A DNA stretch of 64,000 nt from a virus. Below, piece by piece: positions 9,731 to 18,596 of the stretch. Made by a program: the position numbers and the translations under genes. Below the pieces are notes generated by a model, which was not told where the DNA came from, searched no databases, and saw nothing but the letters and a program-made list of their open reading frames with translations. The first letter of the stretch is position 1. Each line of letters starts with the position of its first letter. Location: the IMG/VR virus record IMGVR_UViG_3300033144_005525, positions 95,402 to 159,401 of that record. One strand, written 5' to 3'.

Positions 9731-10699
9731 CTAAGCATACCCTCGGTCGCCCACAGATCTGGAATAACCCTCGACACCAGCCTTCTTGGTTTTCCTGGAC
9801 CGTTTATCGGTCTTCTTCTTGCGGCGAGCTCTCCACAATATAGATCCTCCCATAACACCCAGATAAGCGCCGGGAAAGATTAACTTCCTACTAGGGAAAT
9901 GCTTGGCGAAATGCTTGGCTTTGGATACTGCTCCCACAGCAGCTTGTTCAACTTGAAGAGCTGCTTGATGCTTGTTTTTGAGGGCAGATCCTATTGATCT
10001 ATCGAAGGAAGAGGGAAGAGCTGGTCCTGATGAATGTCCCAAACTATTGGACCACGCCTTGAATCGTGCATCTTTCGCATCTCGTAGAGCCTTCTTGGCT
10101 CTTCGTTGCATGACTGCTCCAGCCAGTTCACCAGAGCTCCCACCTACCAGAGCTCCCGCTGCGGCTCCTCCAAGTATATGTCTGCCGGCAGAGTTTTTCT
10201 TCGGCTTCTTCCTGGCCGCTACTTTGGTTTGAATCGGTTGGGTCATCTGCGCCGTGCTGGCGATGATGGGACTGGGAGTTTGCGTGACGTGAGGCTTTGG
10301 TGGACGCCCACGAAAGGACTGCTGGATCTCAGGAGGCTTCGGTTGCTTTGGAATAGGGATAGGCACCATGGCTGCCTTGCCCATCATCCCAGCTACACCA
10401 CGACGAGCCTTCTGCGCTCCCCAACCCGCTGCTCCACCGACTAGAGCTCCCTTGGCTGCTCCACCCATGGCACCTTGAAGTCTCTCACCAGGACGAGCCT
10501 TTGCTGCTCCGAGACCTGCTCCAGCCACAGCTCCGTACCCTGCCATGCGCATGGGCTTGAGCTTGTTCATCAACGAAGGAGCTGACTTCGCTTTTGGAGT
10601 GAACTTGAGTCCAGCCTTGATAGCAGAACCAATATTCCCGATAACTCCGGCCGTCTTATCCGCGTGAGGTTCGGCGTTGTCCCCAGCGGTTAGAAAGGG
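9731..10699 (-). CDS. Basic glycine-zipper protein, probably made as a -1 frameshift extension of 10690..11907
   Basis: The frame is open through 10699 with no ATG/GTG/TTG until 10573; the unannotated 5' part encodes DKTAG; repeated GAAxGALVGG segments. Confidence 0.7.
   Translation of the reverse strand, partial: PFLTAGDNAEPHADKTAGVIGNIGSAIKAGLKFTPKAKSAPSLMNKLKPMRMAGYGAVAGAGLGAAKARPGERLQGAMGGAAKGALVGGAAGWGAQKARRGVAGMMGKAAMVPIPIPKQPKPPEIQQSFRGRPPKPHVTQTPSPIIASTAQMTQPIQTKVAARKKPKKNSAGRHILGGAAAGALVGGSSGELAGAVMQRRAKKALRDAKDARFKAWSNSLGHSSGPALPSSFDRSIGSALKNKHQAALQVEQAAVGAVSKAKHFAKHFPSRKLIFPGAYLGVMGGSILWRARRKKKTDKRSRKTKKAGVEGYSRSVGDRGYA
10650..10699 (-). promoter_or_regulatory. Programmed -1 ribosomal frameshift signal (slippery heptamer plus hairpin or pseudoknot)
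   Basis: C CCU UUC is in the correct X XXY YYZ phase at 10699-10693; stem ccgc-ugggg / ccuca-c-gcgg follows; loop gccg is complementary to downstream cggc. Confidence 0.7.
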
Positions 10700-11907
10700 A
10701 GTACTACCGACGATGCCTTCTTACTCATCACGGTGGGCTTCTTGACTACAGTCTTCTTCCCAGCTTGCGAGGCTCTAGTAGCTGCCCTGCGTACTTGTGC
10801 AGAGATGAAGGCGCGAGAGTAAGCTTCCTTGATCTCCTCAGCAGTCTTACCAAGCACAAACTTGGATCCAGGAGCTCTTCCCTGAATCGAGGCGGAAGAC
10901 AGCCTCCTGGCAGCCGCATCAGCTGGGATGGGTGGAGGTGTTTTGAGTAGACCGGCCGACCTCATCGCTTTGGAGGTACCTGAGCGAGTGACCTTGGTCC
11001 CTCCCTTACCGACTGAGCTCCCTATGGTTCGTAGGATGCTCTGCGTCGCGGGGGACATGGCATTTTTGGACATGGCCTGCCTTGCCGAAAGGATCCCAGG
11101 ATGCTTGGACCTGTTCATGGCCTTGGCTATTCCGGCTCCTCCAGCGGCTCCAACCGCTCCACCTATGAGAGCCCCTTTTGCAGCTCCTCCTGCAGCTCCT
11201 CGAAGTCTGTTGCCTTCTCCCCCACGTATGGCTCCTCCGACGGCACCTATTCCTCCACCCACTAGCGCTGTGTTTCCTGCACCTCTCAAGGCCATCTTCC
11301 CGACATTGATTAGAGGAACTCCAGCGAACTTGGTCATGGTCTTCTTCAGACCACTCTGCAACATCTTGCCCCCACCAAATCGTCCAGCACCGTAACCAGC
11401 CATGGCGCCTGTAGCGAAGTCTCCACCCGTGGCCTTATTGGCAACACCACCACCAATTGCCAAAGCAGCATTGGGGTTCTTCATCGCCTTGGACATGACT
11501 TTGGATCCTGCGCCGCTCGTCATGACCTTTTTGGCTACACCGCTAAGCAGCTTGCCCACGAAGGCTTCCTTCTCCAGGTAGTCACCCAAGGACCCACCGT
11601 TCTCCAGAATGAAGGCCATCTTGATGGCATCATCATCTGACATGTCGGCTACGGCCTGGGTGAGTTCGTTCTGCTCCAACACAGCTTGCTCAGCTGCTTC
11701 AGCTGGAACAGATCCTTGCTCCTGAGCAAGCTCGCGACCCATCTGAGTGGCATCGGCGATCTTTTCTTGTAGAGCGTCGAGTGCCGCTGTGGGATGGGGC
11801 TGCTCTGCTTCACGGATCTCATTGATCGTGAGCTGCTCGAGCTGCTGAGCAACGTTTTCTTCTTGCCTCGGCTGATCGGCGCAGAGTTTCACTAGCCAGT
11901 TGTGCAT
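10690..11907 (-). CDS. Head-region protein with an acidic N-terminus and basic glycine-zipper modules
   Basis: 405 aa; GAGG upstream; EKIA, IKMA, EKEA, TKFA, GKTA, IKEA and KKAS motifs; ends on the heptamer C CCT TTC then TAA. Confidence 0.8.
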   Translation of the reverse strand: MHNWLVKLCADQPRQEENVAQQLEQLTINEIREAEQPHPTAALDALQEKIADATQMGRELAQEQGSVPAEAAEQAVLEQNELTQAVADMSDDDAIKMAFILENGGSLGDYLEKEAFVGKLLSGVAKKVMTSGAGSKVMSKAMKNPNAALAIGGGVANKATGGDFATGAMAGYGAGRFGGGKMLQSGLKKTMTKFAGVPLINVGKMALRGAGNTALVGGGIGAVGGAIRGGEGNRLRGAAGGAAKGALIGGAVGAAGGAGIAKAMNRSKHPGILSARQAMSKNAMSPATQSILRTIGSSVGKGGTKVTRSGTSKAMRSAGLLKTPPPIPADAAARRLSSASIQGRAPGSKFVLGKTAEEIKEAYSRAFISAQVRRAATRASQAGKKTVVKKPTVMSKKASSVVLPF

Positions 11908-11916
11908 GATTTCCTC

Positions 11917-13503
11917 TTAGTTCTTCAGTGCGCCTAGAACTTTGGCGAACATAAGCCCCATACCACCACCAACTGCCGCTCCTGTTGCTGCAGCCGCTCC
12001 TGGGTGCTTACGTTTTTCCACAGCAAGACCGTGCTGGAATTGGGTCATCAGCTTACCGATACCAGAAGAGTATCCTGTGTCTCCCCTGGTCTTGTTGGCT
12101 TTGACGTCGGCCTCGAAAGCCACTTCGGATTTGCTCTTCCCACCCAAGCTCTTCTGAGGACGACTACCCAGATACGTCGACAGTCCGAGCATGGCAGCTC
12201 CGGCACCTGCAAGAGCTAGAGTTCCTGGATCTGTGATTCCCTTGGGAATAGCCTGCCTGATCGACGATGCAATCGAAGCCTGTTTAGTGAGGGGTCCAGG
12301 CAAGGTCACAGCCTTCTTAGGACCTTCTGTACGATCTATTAGATCGAGTCGAGCTTTCTTGTAGTTGGTGTACTTCTTCTTGAGGGAGCCCCACACGTCT
12401 TCAGCATTTTCGATGATGGCTGAATCCTCTTGCTGTGGGTATCTCTCTGCTGCTCTCTGTTTGACCTCAGCCAAAGAGAGAGCGGGCATGGGAGCCGCCA
12501 CTGCGGACTTCATGAACTTGCTGACACCAACTTGAGAACGTCCTGCTAGAGCTCCACCAATAGCTCCGGCACCAAGTCCTTTGAGTCCTGCAGCGACACG
12601 ACTCTCTCCAGGCTTGGCGAGGATGGCATTGATGGCACCCGTGCCTGCTCCCCAACCAGCAGCATTACCAATCGTGGATTTCCAAGCAGGGCTCAGCTTC
12701 TGAGCTGCTTGTCCAACGGCACCGAGAACACTAGCGTTCTTGCCCATGGGCTTTTTGACGATGGAGGGCATAACCCCAGCCTGTGGGATCTTCTTTGCCA
12801 CTTCACGAGTTGCTTGTCCCTTAGCTAATGCCTTAGCCAGGTCGTCGGTGGCATTAGATTTCGCTATGACTCCACCAGGACCGTGAATACTTTTGAAAGT
12901 ATCCATGCTTCGGGCGAGTTGTCGCTGGCCAATAACCCTGCTGGTGCTGTGCATACCTCCAAAACCACCACCGAAAGCACCGCCTATCAAGGCACCCTTC
13001 AAGGCACCTTTGGCACGCTTGCCCTTCTTGCTGCCTGCTGCACCTACTAGGGCTCCAGGAACTGCACCAAGTACGGACCCTCTGCCTGCAAAGCTCAGTG
13101 CGCGTAGAGCAGCGTTGGCCTTCTTCTCTTTTGGCTTTCTCTTCTTCCTTCTCTTGAAAAGAGATACGGCAGCCATAGACCCTAAGACTCCGCCTGCAGT
13201 AAGAACAGCCAAATTGGGCTTATAGGTATAGGGAGCGGGGAATGGGCTGTAGGCTTGTTTTTTCAGATCTGAATTGTCGGCAGTTACGACGGCATTCTTG
13301 GACTTCTTCGGGATGTCCGTGAGCTTGCTGAACCCTCGGTCAGACAGAAGAGGTCCACCTGTTCCATGCTCGTCTTCAAAGTCCGCCTTCTTGATCAGAG
13401 CCGGTTGGCCCTTCAACAAGAGATAGTGAGCTGCGCAATCATTGAACTCATCAGAACGCTGGGAAGCGCTCTTCATCAGTTCATAGAAATCAGCCCGCTT
13501 CAT
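11917..13503 (-). CDS. Multi-module glycine-zipper protein with K-x-A linkers
   Basis: Likely start is MKRADF at 13503, which avoids overlap with the upstream gene; several Gly/Ala hydrophobic hairpins separated by KKQA, EKKA, GKNA, MKSA and TKQA. Confidence 0.75.
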   Translation of the reverse strand: MKRADFYELMKSASQRSDEFNDCAAHYLLLKGQPALIKKADFEDEHGTGGPLLSDRGFSKLTDIPKKSKNAVVTADNSDLKKQAYSPFPAPYTYKPNLAVLTAGGVLGSMAAVSLFKRRKKRKPKEKKANAALRALSFAGRGSVLGAVPGALVGAAGSKKGKRAKGALKGALIGGAFGGGFGGMHSTSRVIGQRQLARSMDTFKSIHGPGGVIAKSNATDDLAKALAKGQATREVAKKIPQAGVMPSIVKKPMGKNASVLGAVGQAAQKLSPAWKSTIGNAAGWGAGTGAINAILAKPGESRVAAGLKGLGAGAIGGALAGRSQVGVSKFMKSAVAAPMPALSLAEVKQRAAERYPQQEDSAIIENAEDVWGSLKKKYTNYKKARLDLIDRTEGPKKAVTLPGPLTKQASIASSIRQAIPKGITDPGTLALAGAGAAMLGLSTYLGSRPQKSLGGKSKSEVAFEADVKANKTRGDTGYSSGIGKLMTQFQHGLAVEKRKHPGAAAATGAAVGGGMGLMFAKVLGALKN

Positions 13504-13507
13504 GGCT

Positions 13508-14038
13508 CTACACCGTGTAGACGAGAATGAAGGCACCGTTGTCATCCAACAGCAAATGCTCCACCGTCAGCAAACCAACAGATCCTTTATTGCCGACAGC
13601 AGATGCACCTTCTGAGAATAGAAGGTCTTCATCTGTTGTGGCGCCAATGGCAGATGACCCTGGAGCAATACGCAAGGCATACCCTGGGTCGATCAGAGCG
13701 TGAGTGATGGTGAGCCTGTCTCCTGTGTTGGAGATGACGAACTCGGTAGGCAAGACGGCCCCATCCCAGCGAGCTCCTGTGTTGAGCTCGGCCAGGAGTG
13801 CAGCGATATTGGCATGAGGTCCCGCAGCACCCACCGTGAACGTTCTGCGAAACGCAGTCCAGGTATTCCCTCCGTCGGCGCTGCCCTCGACAACCAATAT
13901 CTCATTGACACTACCGAAAGTGAATCCGAAGGTCTGAACGCCACCTAGCAGTACGGCAGCGGCTGCAGCCGTCGTGATGAACTGCTCTAGATCAGCAGCA
14001 TTCTGGAAGACTCGGATTCTATGATCTGCGAGAGCCAT
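13508..14038 (-). CDS. Virion protein: paralog of the 48-aa upstream protein carrying a tail-sheath-like inserted domain
   Basis: Both termini align with 14048..14194 and the middle aligns with sheath region 5840..6183; AGGAG RBS. Confidence 0.8.
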   Translation of the reverse strand: MALADHRIRVFQNAADLEQFITTAAAAAVLLGGVQTFGFTFGSVNEILVVEGSADGGNTWTAFRRTFTVGAAGPHANIAALLAELNTGARWDGAVLPTEFVISNTGDRLTITHALIDPGYALRIAPGSSAIGATTDEDLLFSEGASAVGNKGSVGLLTVEHLLLDDNGAFILVYTV

Positions 14039-14047
14039 CGTTGTCTC

Positions 14048-14194
14048 CTAGGTGACATCGTAGAGCAGGATGAAGTATCCATTGTCGTCAGTGATGATCG
14101 TGATGATGGACGTAATCGCACCGTCCGTCCTGATGAACTGCTCCAACGAATTGACGTCCGGAAAGATCCTAATCCTGTGGTTCGGTTTCGCCAT
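14048..14194 (-). CDS. 48-aa small virion protein (MAKPNHRIRIF...DDNGYFILLYDVT)
   Basis: ATG in a TAATG junction; clear paralogy to both ends of the next gene. Confidence 0.75.
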   Translation of the reverse strand: MAKPNHRIRIFPDVNSLEQFIRTDGAITSIITIITDDNGYFILLYDVT

Positions 14195-14217
14195 TACCAA
14201 CCCCCATAGAAGCCATT

Positions 14218-15030
14218 TTACCACCCCCCATAAAACCCGTTGGTCCAGCCATAGAGTGCCTCGGCAGCACGCACTTTGGGAAGGACATGTGAGAATTCCT
14301 CTTCGGTCATCTGTCCCGAATCGTAGACCCTGTGGTGGGTGGGACAAAGAACGAGGCAGTTCTCTTTTTCGATCGAACCGCCTTCTTTGACTGATTTGAT
14401 GTGAGCAAAGTCGAGAGTACGGTCTTCTCCACAGATCTCACAGCCATCAATGTTGAGTTCTTGGAAGACCTTGCGCTTCTTAGTGGAATGAGTCGAGAAA
14501 CGAAGATCTTTGGTGCGCCTCCAAGGAGCCTCGTGACCAACATCCTTCATGCGTCGGCAGATGACTCCATAGGAGACGTCATAGAGACGAGACAACTCTT
14601 CATAGGTCTTGCCTGCGTTGGAGAGTTGGACGGCCTCTTCAATGGGAATCTCTTGACGACGCCCATGATTGCGAGGACCGTTCGTCCACCTGTCTCTAGG
14701 GATGCTGAACCTCTCCATCCAGTCAATCCAGGTAGCGTAAGGGACCTTGTAGTGGCGGGCAGCAGAAGCAGCAGAGTCGAAGGCTGGGAGTGCTTCGAGC
14801 ATCCATTCACGAGTGGGCATGAACCCGGCGACTTTCTTCGTCCGCACCCCACCACTTCCTCGGCGCGGTACCTCATGTCGCTTGAGTAGTTGACGAACAC
14901 CTGGAATGGAGCAGCTCTCTTCCTTGGCAATCTCCAACGTCGACATCTCCCGATTCACATAGAAATCGATGATGCGTTCCGCATTGAGGCGTTGTTTTGG
15001 CATGACCCCTATGTTAGCACCAATTGCCAT
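14218..15030 (-). mobile_element. Free-standing HNH homing endonuclease with N-terminal HTH-like repeats
   Basis: CEICG...AHIKS...GG...NCLVLCPTHHRVYD HNH motif; flanked by duplicated ends of the neighbouring gene. Confidence 0.85.
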
Positions 15031-15039
15031 AGTAACAGG

Positions 15040-15555
15040 TCACCAACCTCCATAAAATCCATTGGTCCACAAATATTCTGAGTGTACTCCACCTCCCCAG
15101 GCCTGCTCGATGTTGATGGCTACCTTGAGACGTAGCTTCTTCGATTCGTAGTCATTCCGGAACAGCTGGATCCAGGCATGGTACAGCGGTGTCTTGTCGC
15201 TGATCCCTACCTGAATACCACCATCGGAGAAGGTGAGATGGTTACGAGTCATCAGCAAGCCCGCGGACTCGAGCAAGTTGATGACCGTGCCTCGAAGCAA
15301 GAGACGCCTCGAGGGGAAGTTGGTGATGCCTACCGGACCGATGAGGGGAGGAGTCGTGTTCCAGTCATCGATACAATCAGCAATCGCCCAGAGTACGAGT
15401 CTGGGCGAATGCTCGACGCCTTGGATCAGACGGTTTAGCTCGGCGTGGTCCCTCATGAACTCACGGACGAGACCTGCCATCTGCTCGAACGCTAACTGCT
15501 CAGCCGGTCGGAACCCTCCAAAGATATCGGAGCTGGTGCCTACAGTTGTTGACAC
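15040..15555 (-). CDS. Head completion or head-tail adaptor protein
   Basis: Helical 171-aa protein downstream of the capsid gene, in the usual adaptor position. Confidence 0.55.
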   Translation of the reverse strand: MSTTVGTSSDIFGGFRPAEQLAFEQMAGLVREFMRDHAELNRLIQGVEHSPRLVLWAIADCIDDWNTTPPLIGPVGITNFPSRRLLLRGTVINLLESAGLLMTRNHLTFSDGGIQVGISDKTPLYHAWIQLFRNDYESKKLRLKVAINIEQAWGGGVHSEYLWTNGFYGGW

Positions 15556-15558
15556 TGG

Positions 15559-16020
15559 CTACCTCCGCTTCTTTTTTCGTCCTTTGGAATCTTCCTTGGT
15601 GTCGATCTCGACCACGTCCTTCGGCACAGACACCGTATCGGAGAAGCCCAAAGACACGACCTGCTTCGGCTGCTTGGAGACGACAGGGGCAGGAGTGGTT
15701 CCGATACCCAGTTCCCTCATGGCAGCCTCTTTGGCAGCGGTCTTCGCTCGAGCTGTCTTGAGGTTGGCCTGGATGTCTTCTGCAGAGAGAGTGACTCTGC
15801 CGCGCCGACGCTCCTTGTAGTCCTGGTACCAGGTGGGAACTTTGCCGATGGAGATGTATCCAGCCTCCTCGAGCTTGCGCATCTTGGCGTCGACGTACCT
15901 GGCGTCCACACGAAGACTCAGCCCTGGCCGGAGCTCCTTGTTGAAGATACGGACTCCAGAAGGTCGGAACTTCTCCTCATCCTTCGGGACATCCGTAATG
16001 TTGGTGATCAGAACGATCAT
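15559..16020 (-). CDS. Hypothetical protein (capsid-adjacent)
   Basis: Likely start MIVLITN at 16020 after a GGGGG RBS; basic C-terminal tail. Confidence 0.65.
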   Translation of the reverse strand: MIVLITNITDVPKDEEKFRPSGVRIFNKELRPGLSLRVDARYVDAKMRKLEEAGYISIGKVPTWYQDYKERRRGRVTLSAEDIQANLKTARAKTAAKEAAMRELGIGTTPAPVVSKQPKQVVSLGFSDTVSVPKDVVEIDTKEDSKGRKKKRR

Positions 16021-16030
16021 GAGGGGCCCC

Positions 16031-16435
16031 CTATCTTTTCCCTCTTTTGGACTTCTTCCCCTTCGGTCGCTCGACCTGGGTAACATCCTCAGAGGGCTGG
16101 AACTCCGGAACTGGTTCCGGTAGCGGAGGTGGCTCTGGTGTGGTCTCTGGCTCCTCGGGAGCCTCCACAGGTGCCTCCGGCGTCGGGGCGACCGGAGCCG
16201 TAGATTCTTGTTTGGGTGCTTGAGAGCCGGACCGCTTAGCTGTCAGGACTCCCTGCTTCACACAGAGATCGATGCGGACCTTGTTGGTCGCATAGGATTC
16301 ATCACTGATGGTGAGCTTCTGTCGCAGCCGGATCCGGACACCCGCAATTGTGGGCTCCATCTCCATACGAGGCGCCACACGACGCTTCATGGCGTGCGTT
16401 GGGTTTAACGCTACGTTTTCCAGTTCCCAAGGCAT
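16031..16435 (-). CDS. Hypothetical protein with a Pro/Glu-rich linker (capsid-adjacent)
   Basis: GGAGG RBS; 134-aa ORF directly after the capsid terminator. Confidence 0.7.
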   Translation of the reverse strand: MPWELENVALNPTHAMKRRVAPRMEMEPTIAGVRIRLRQKLTISDESYATNKVRIDLCVKQGVLTAKRSGSQAPKQESTAPVAPTPEAPVEAPEEPETTPEPPPLPEPVPEFQPSEDVTQVERPKGKKSKRGKR

Positions 16436-16465
16436 CCGAACCTCCAGTACGACGAAGAAAGCATG

Positions 16466-16497
16466 GAAGAAAACCCGGGGCCCGTGAGGGCCCCAGG
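16466..16497 (-). terminator. Intrinsic terminator after the major capsid gene
   Basis: cctggggccc-tcac-gggccccggg followed by ttttcttcc. Confidence 0.8.
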
Positions 16498-16513
16498 CAT
16501 TCAGTTTCGACGA

Positions 16514-17635
16514 CTAGAACTGCGAGACGTCCGGGAACTTCAGCCCGTCGTCCACACGGTTGTTCACCGCTCCGAGCTCATCCTCTGCCACCGGCAGCTT
16601 GGCTGCGAAGCCCGTGTCCGTTGCGGTCGGGGTGACCGAACCGGCGTAGAGCTCCAGCTTCCGCACCGAGGCCACGTTGATGATCGAAATGGCGATGTCC
16701 ATCCAGGACTGCCACGTGATCATGTTGGCGACTTTGTCGATGTAGAACTTGGTGTTGTTGAGGATGTAGTTCTTGCCCAGGAACTCCGGGGCCGTGAAGA
16801 CGTAGACATTTCCCGTGCGGAGGATGTCGGTCTTGATGGTCCGGATGAGCTTGCGGCCGAGGAGGACGTTGTACTTGTAGCCGTCGACCATCGTCTCCGA
16901 CTGCATCTTGTCACCCATGTCCTGGAGGGTCCAAGACAGGATGTCGTCGTAGTCTGGCTCGGTCATGAGGAACCGCTCCGAGCGCAGACGGTTGCCGTCT
17001 AGCAGCTTGAAGAGGTTGACCAGGTCCGGCCGCAGGATCGGCTGCACCGTGAAGGTGATGCCACCCAGAGTGAGGGCACCGGTGCCCTTGATGACTGCCG
17101 ACTGCACGACTCCGCCACTGTTGACGTCGTCGGCCCGGAGAGCCGTCGCTGAGCCACCGTTGGCTTCGGTCTGGAGACCCTGACACGCCGACTCGATGTG
17201 GCGTGTGAACTCACGGTCCTTGATCTCCTGCAGATCCTTCACCGAGTTGTCCTCGATGATCTTGGTGATCGGCATCTCGTAGGCGAGGAGCTCCTGCTCC
17301 GTCTTCTCGAACTTCTCCGAGCTGACGGTGTAGAAAGGCACCTCTGCCCTCGGGGCACGGATGAACCGAGCCGTCGGCTGACCACGGAAGGTCAGGGTCA
17401 TCGCACGAGACTGGGGCTCGATGTCGACGATCTTGACCAGGGTGTCGTGGTTCACCGACCGCTGGCAGTCGGCCCGGGTGACCGGGTCGGGCGGGATGAT
17501 CTTGTCCACGTAGCAGACCTCACGGAGGCGGTCACGGATGTAGACGCTGCCCAGGGCAGCGACCTTCTCCTTGCCTTCGGAGGTGTCGAGGTTTTGCGCG
17601 AACATGTCGTTGAGAACTCGTGCCGGAACGCTCAT
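16514..17635 (-). CDS. Major capsid protein (HK97 fold inferred)
   Basis: 373 aa with strong GC3 bias, placed after protease, scaffold-like and decoration genes and followed by a terminator. Confidence 0.8.
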   Translation of the reverse strand: MSVPARVLNDMFAQNLDTSEGKEKVAALGSVYIRDRLREVCYVDKIIPPDPVTRADCQRSVNHDTLVKIVDIEPQSRAMTLTFRGQPTARFIRAPRAEVPFYTVSSEKFEKTEQELLAYEMPITKIIEDNSVKDLQEIKDREFTRHIESACQGLQTEANGGSATALRADDVNSGGVVQSAVIKGTGALTLGGITFTVQPILRPDLVNLFKLLDGNRLRSERFLMTEPDYDDILSWTLQDMGDKMQSETMVDGYKYNVLLGRKLIRTIKTDILRTGNVYVFTAPEFLGKNYILNNTKFYIDKVANMITWQSWMDIAISIINVASVRKLELYAGSVTPTATDTGFAAKLPVAEDELGAVNNRVDDGLKFPDVSQF

Positions 17636-17687
17636 GGTTGCTTCCTTTCTCTATCTCTTCTGTCAGGTTGCTAAATCAGCGCCCGAA

Positions 17688-18158
17688 CTAGATGGTGATC
17701 TGGAATCCACCGGTGTGGATGAAACGGACCTTGCCACCGCCCGGAAGGCGTGTGACCTGCCCAACCACGAAGTGCTGACCGGCGCCAGCAGCCTCGAGGA
17801 GACCCTGCTTGGTCAACGTGTCGATGGTGACATCGTCGACGACCAGGAAGTCACCGACGACGAGGCCAGTGAGATCTGCGATCGTGGTCTCTGCCTCATA
17901 GGTCCCACCGAACAGGACGATCGACTTCTCGATGGCCTGGGTGTCGTAGCGGCCTCGCTCGGCGAAGACCGGCCACGTGAGGGAAGCGGCTGCTCCGGAG
18001 CCACGGGCCAGCTGGTAGCTGGCGTTGAGACCCAACCACTCACCGTCGAGCAGCGGGTTGGCGTTGTTTGGGTTGAGCAGAGCAGGTACTGCGAGGGAGA
18101 AGTCCCGCCGGGCGACCGGCAGAAGCTCTGAAACCAAGTTGAAGTTCGGTGCGGACAT
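17688..18158 (-). CDS. Capsid decoration or cement protein
   Basis: 156-aa beta-rich protein directly upstream of the capsid gene; AGGAG RBS. Confidence 0.6.
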   Translation of the reverse strand: MSAPNFNLVSELLPVARRDFSLAVPALLNPNNANPLLDGEWLGLNASYQLARGSGAAASLTWPVFAERGRYDTQAIEKSIVLFGGTYEAETTIADLTGLVVGDFLVVDDVTIDTLTKQGLLEAAGAGQHFVVGQVTRLPGGGKVRFIHTGGFQITI

Positions 18159-18198
18159 TGCGTTATTCTCCTATCGAAGTCGTGTGGTCCGGGGTGAA

Positions 18199-18549
18199 TT
18201 ACCCGTCGAGGAGGCCCGAGGCGAATGCAGAAGCTGCATCCGATGGGTTCCCCACGTGGTCCGAGACCGCCGCCAGTTTGATCTGAGGCGCGGACATGTC
18301 TATGGCCTTCTCGACCACATCGAGATCGTCGTGTTCCAGGAGGGAAGCGACTTTCTCTGCATGAGTGGTGGTGGTGTCGAGTTGCTTCGCCTCCATGTTG
18401 GATGCGATCTTCTCGACTCGGGCTGTCCGCTCGTAAGCGGCAACCTTCTCCTTCAGGCCCTGATTCTCTTCGGACAGAGCTCGAAGAGCCGGCCCCACCT
18501 GAGCGATGGTGGCCGCCACTTGGTCACTGGCCAGTTTGGTCTTCGACAT
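18199..18549 (-). CDS. Scaffold-like coiled-coil protein
   Basis: TKLA, EKVA (twice), EKIA and IKLA motifs; coiled-coil pattern; AAGGAG RBS. Confidence 0.6.
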   Translation of the reverse strand: MSKTKLASDQVAATIAQVGPALRALSEENQGLKEKVAAYERTARVEKIASNMEAKQLDTTTTHAEKVASLLEHDDLDVVEKAIDMSAPQIKLAAVSDHVGNPSDAASAFASGLLDG

Positions 18550-18596
18550 TTGTGCTCCTTCTTCCCGTCTGTCCTTGTGAGGTCCTGAAGAGGGCC

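Noticed and set aside
14218-15030. Group I intron carrying the HNH
   Set aside because: The upstream gene is already complete with its own stop, and only 9 nt separate it from the HNH start, leaving no room for a ribozyme core.
16021-16086. Frameshift fusion of 16031..16435 with 15559..16086 at GGGAAAAG
   Set aside because: The run is not in X XXY YYZ phase, and the downstream gene has its own RBS and ATG at 16020.
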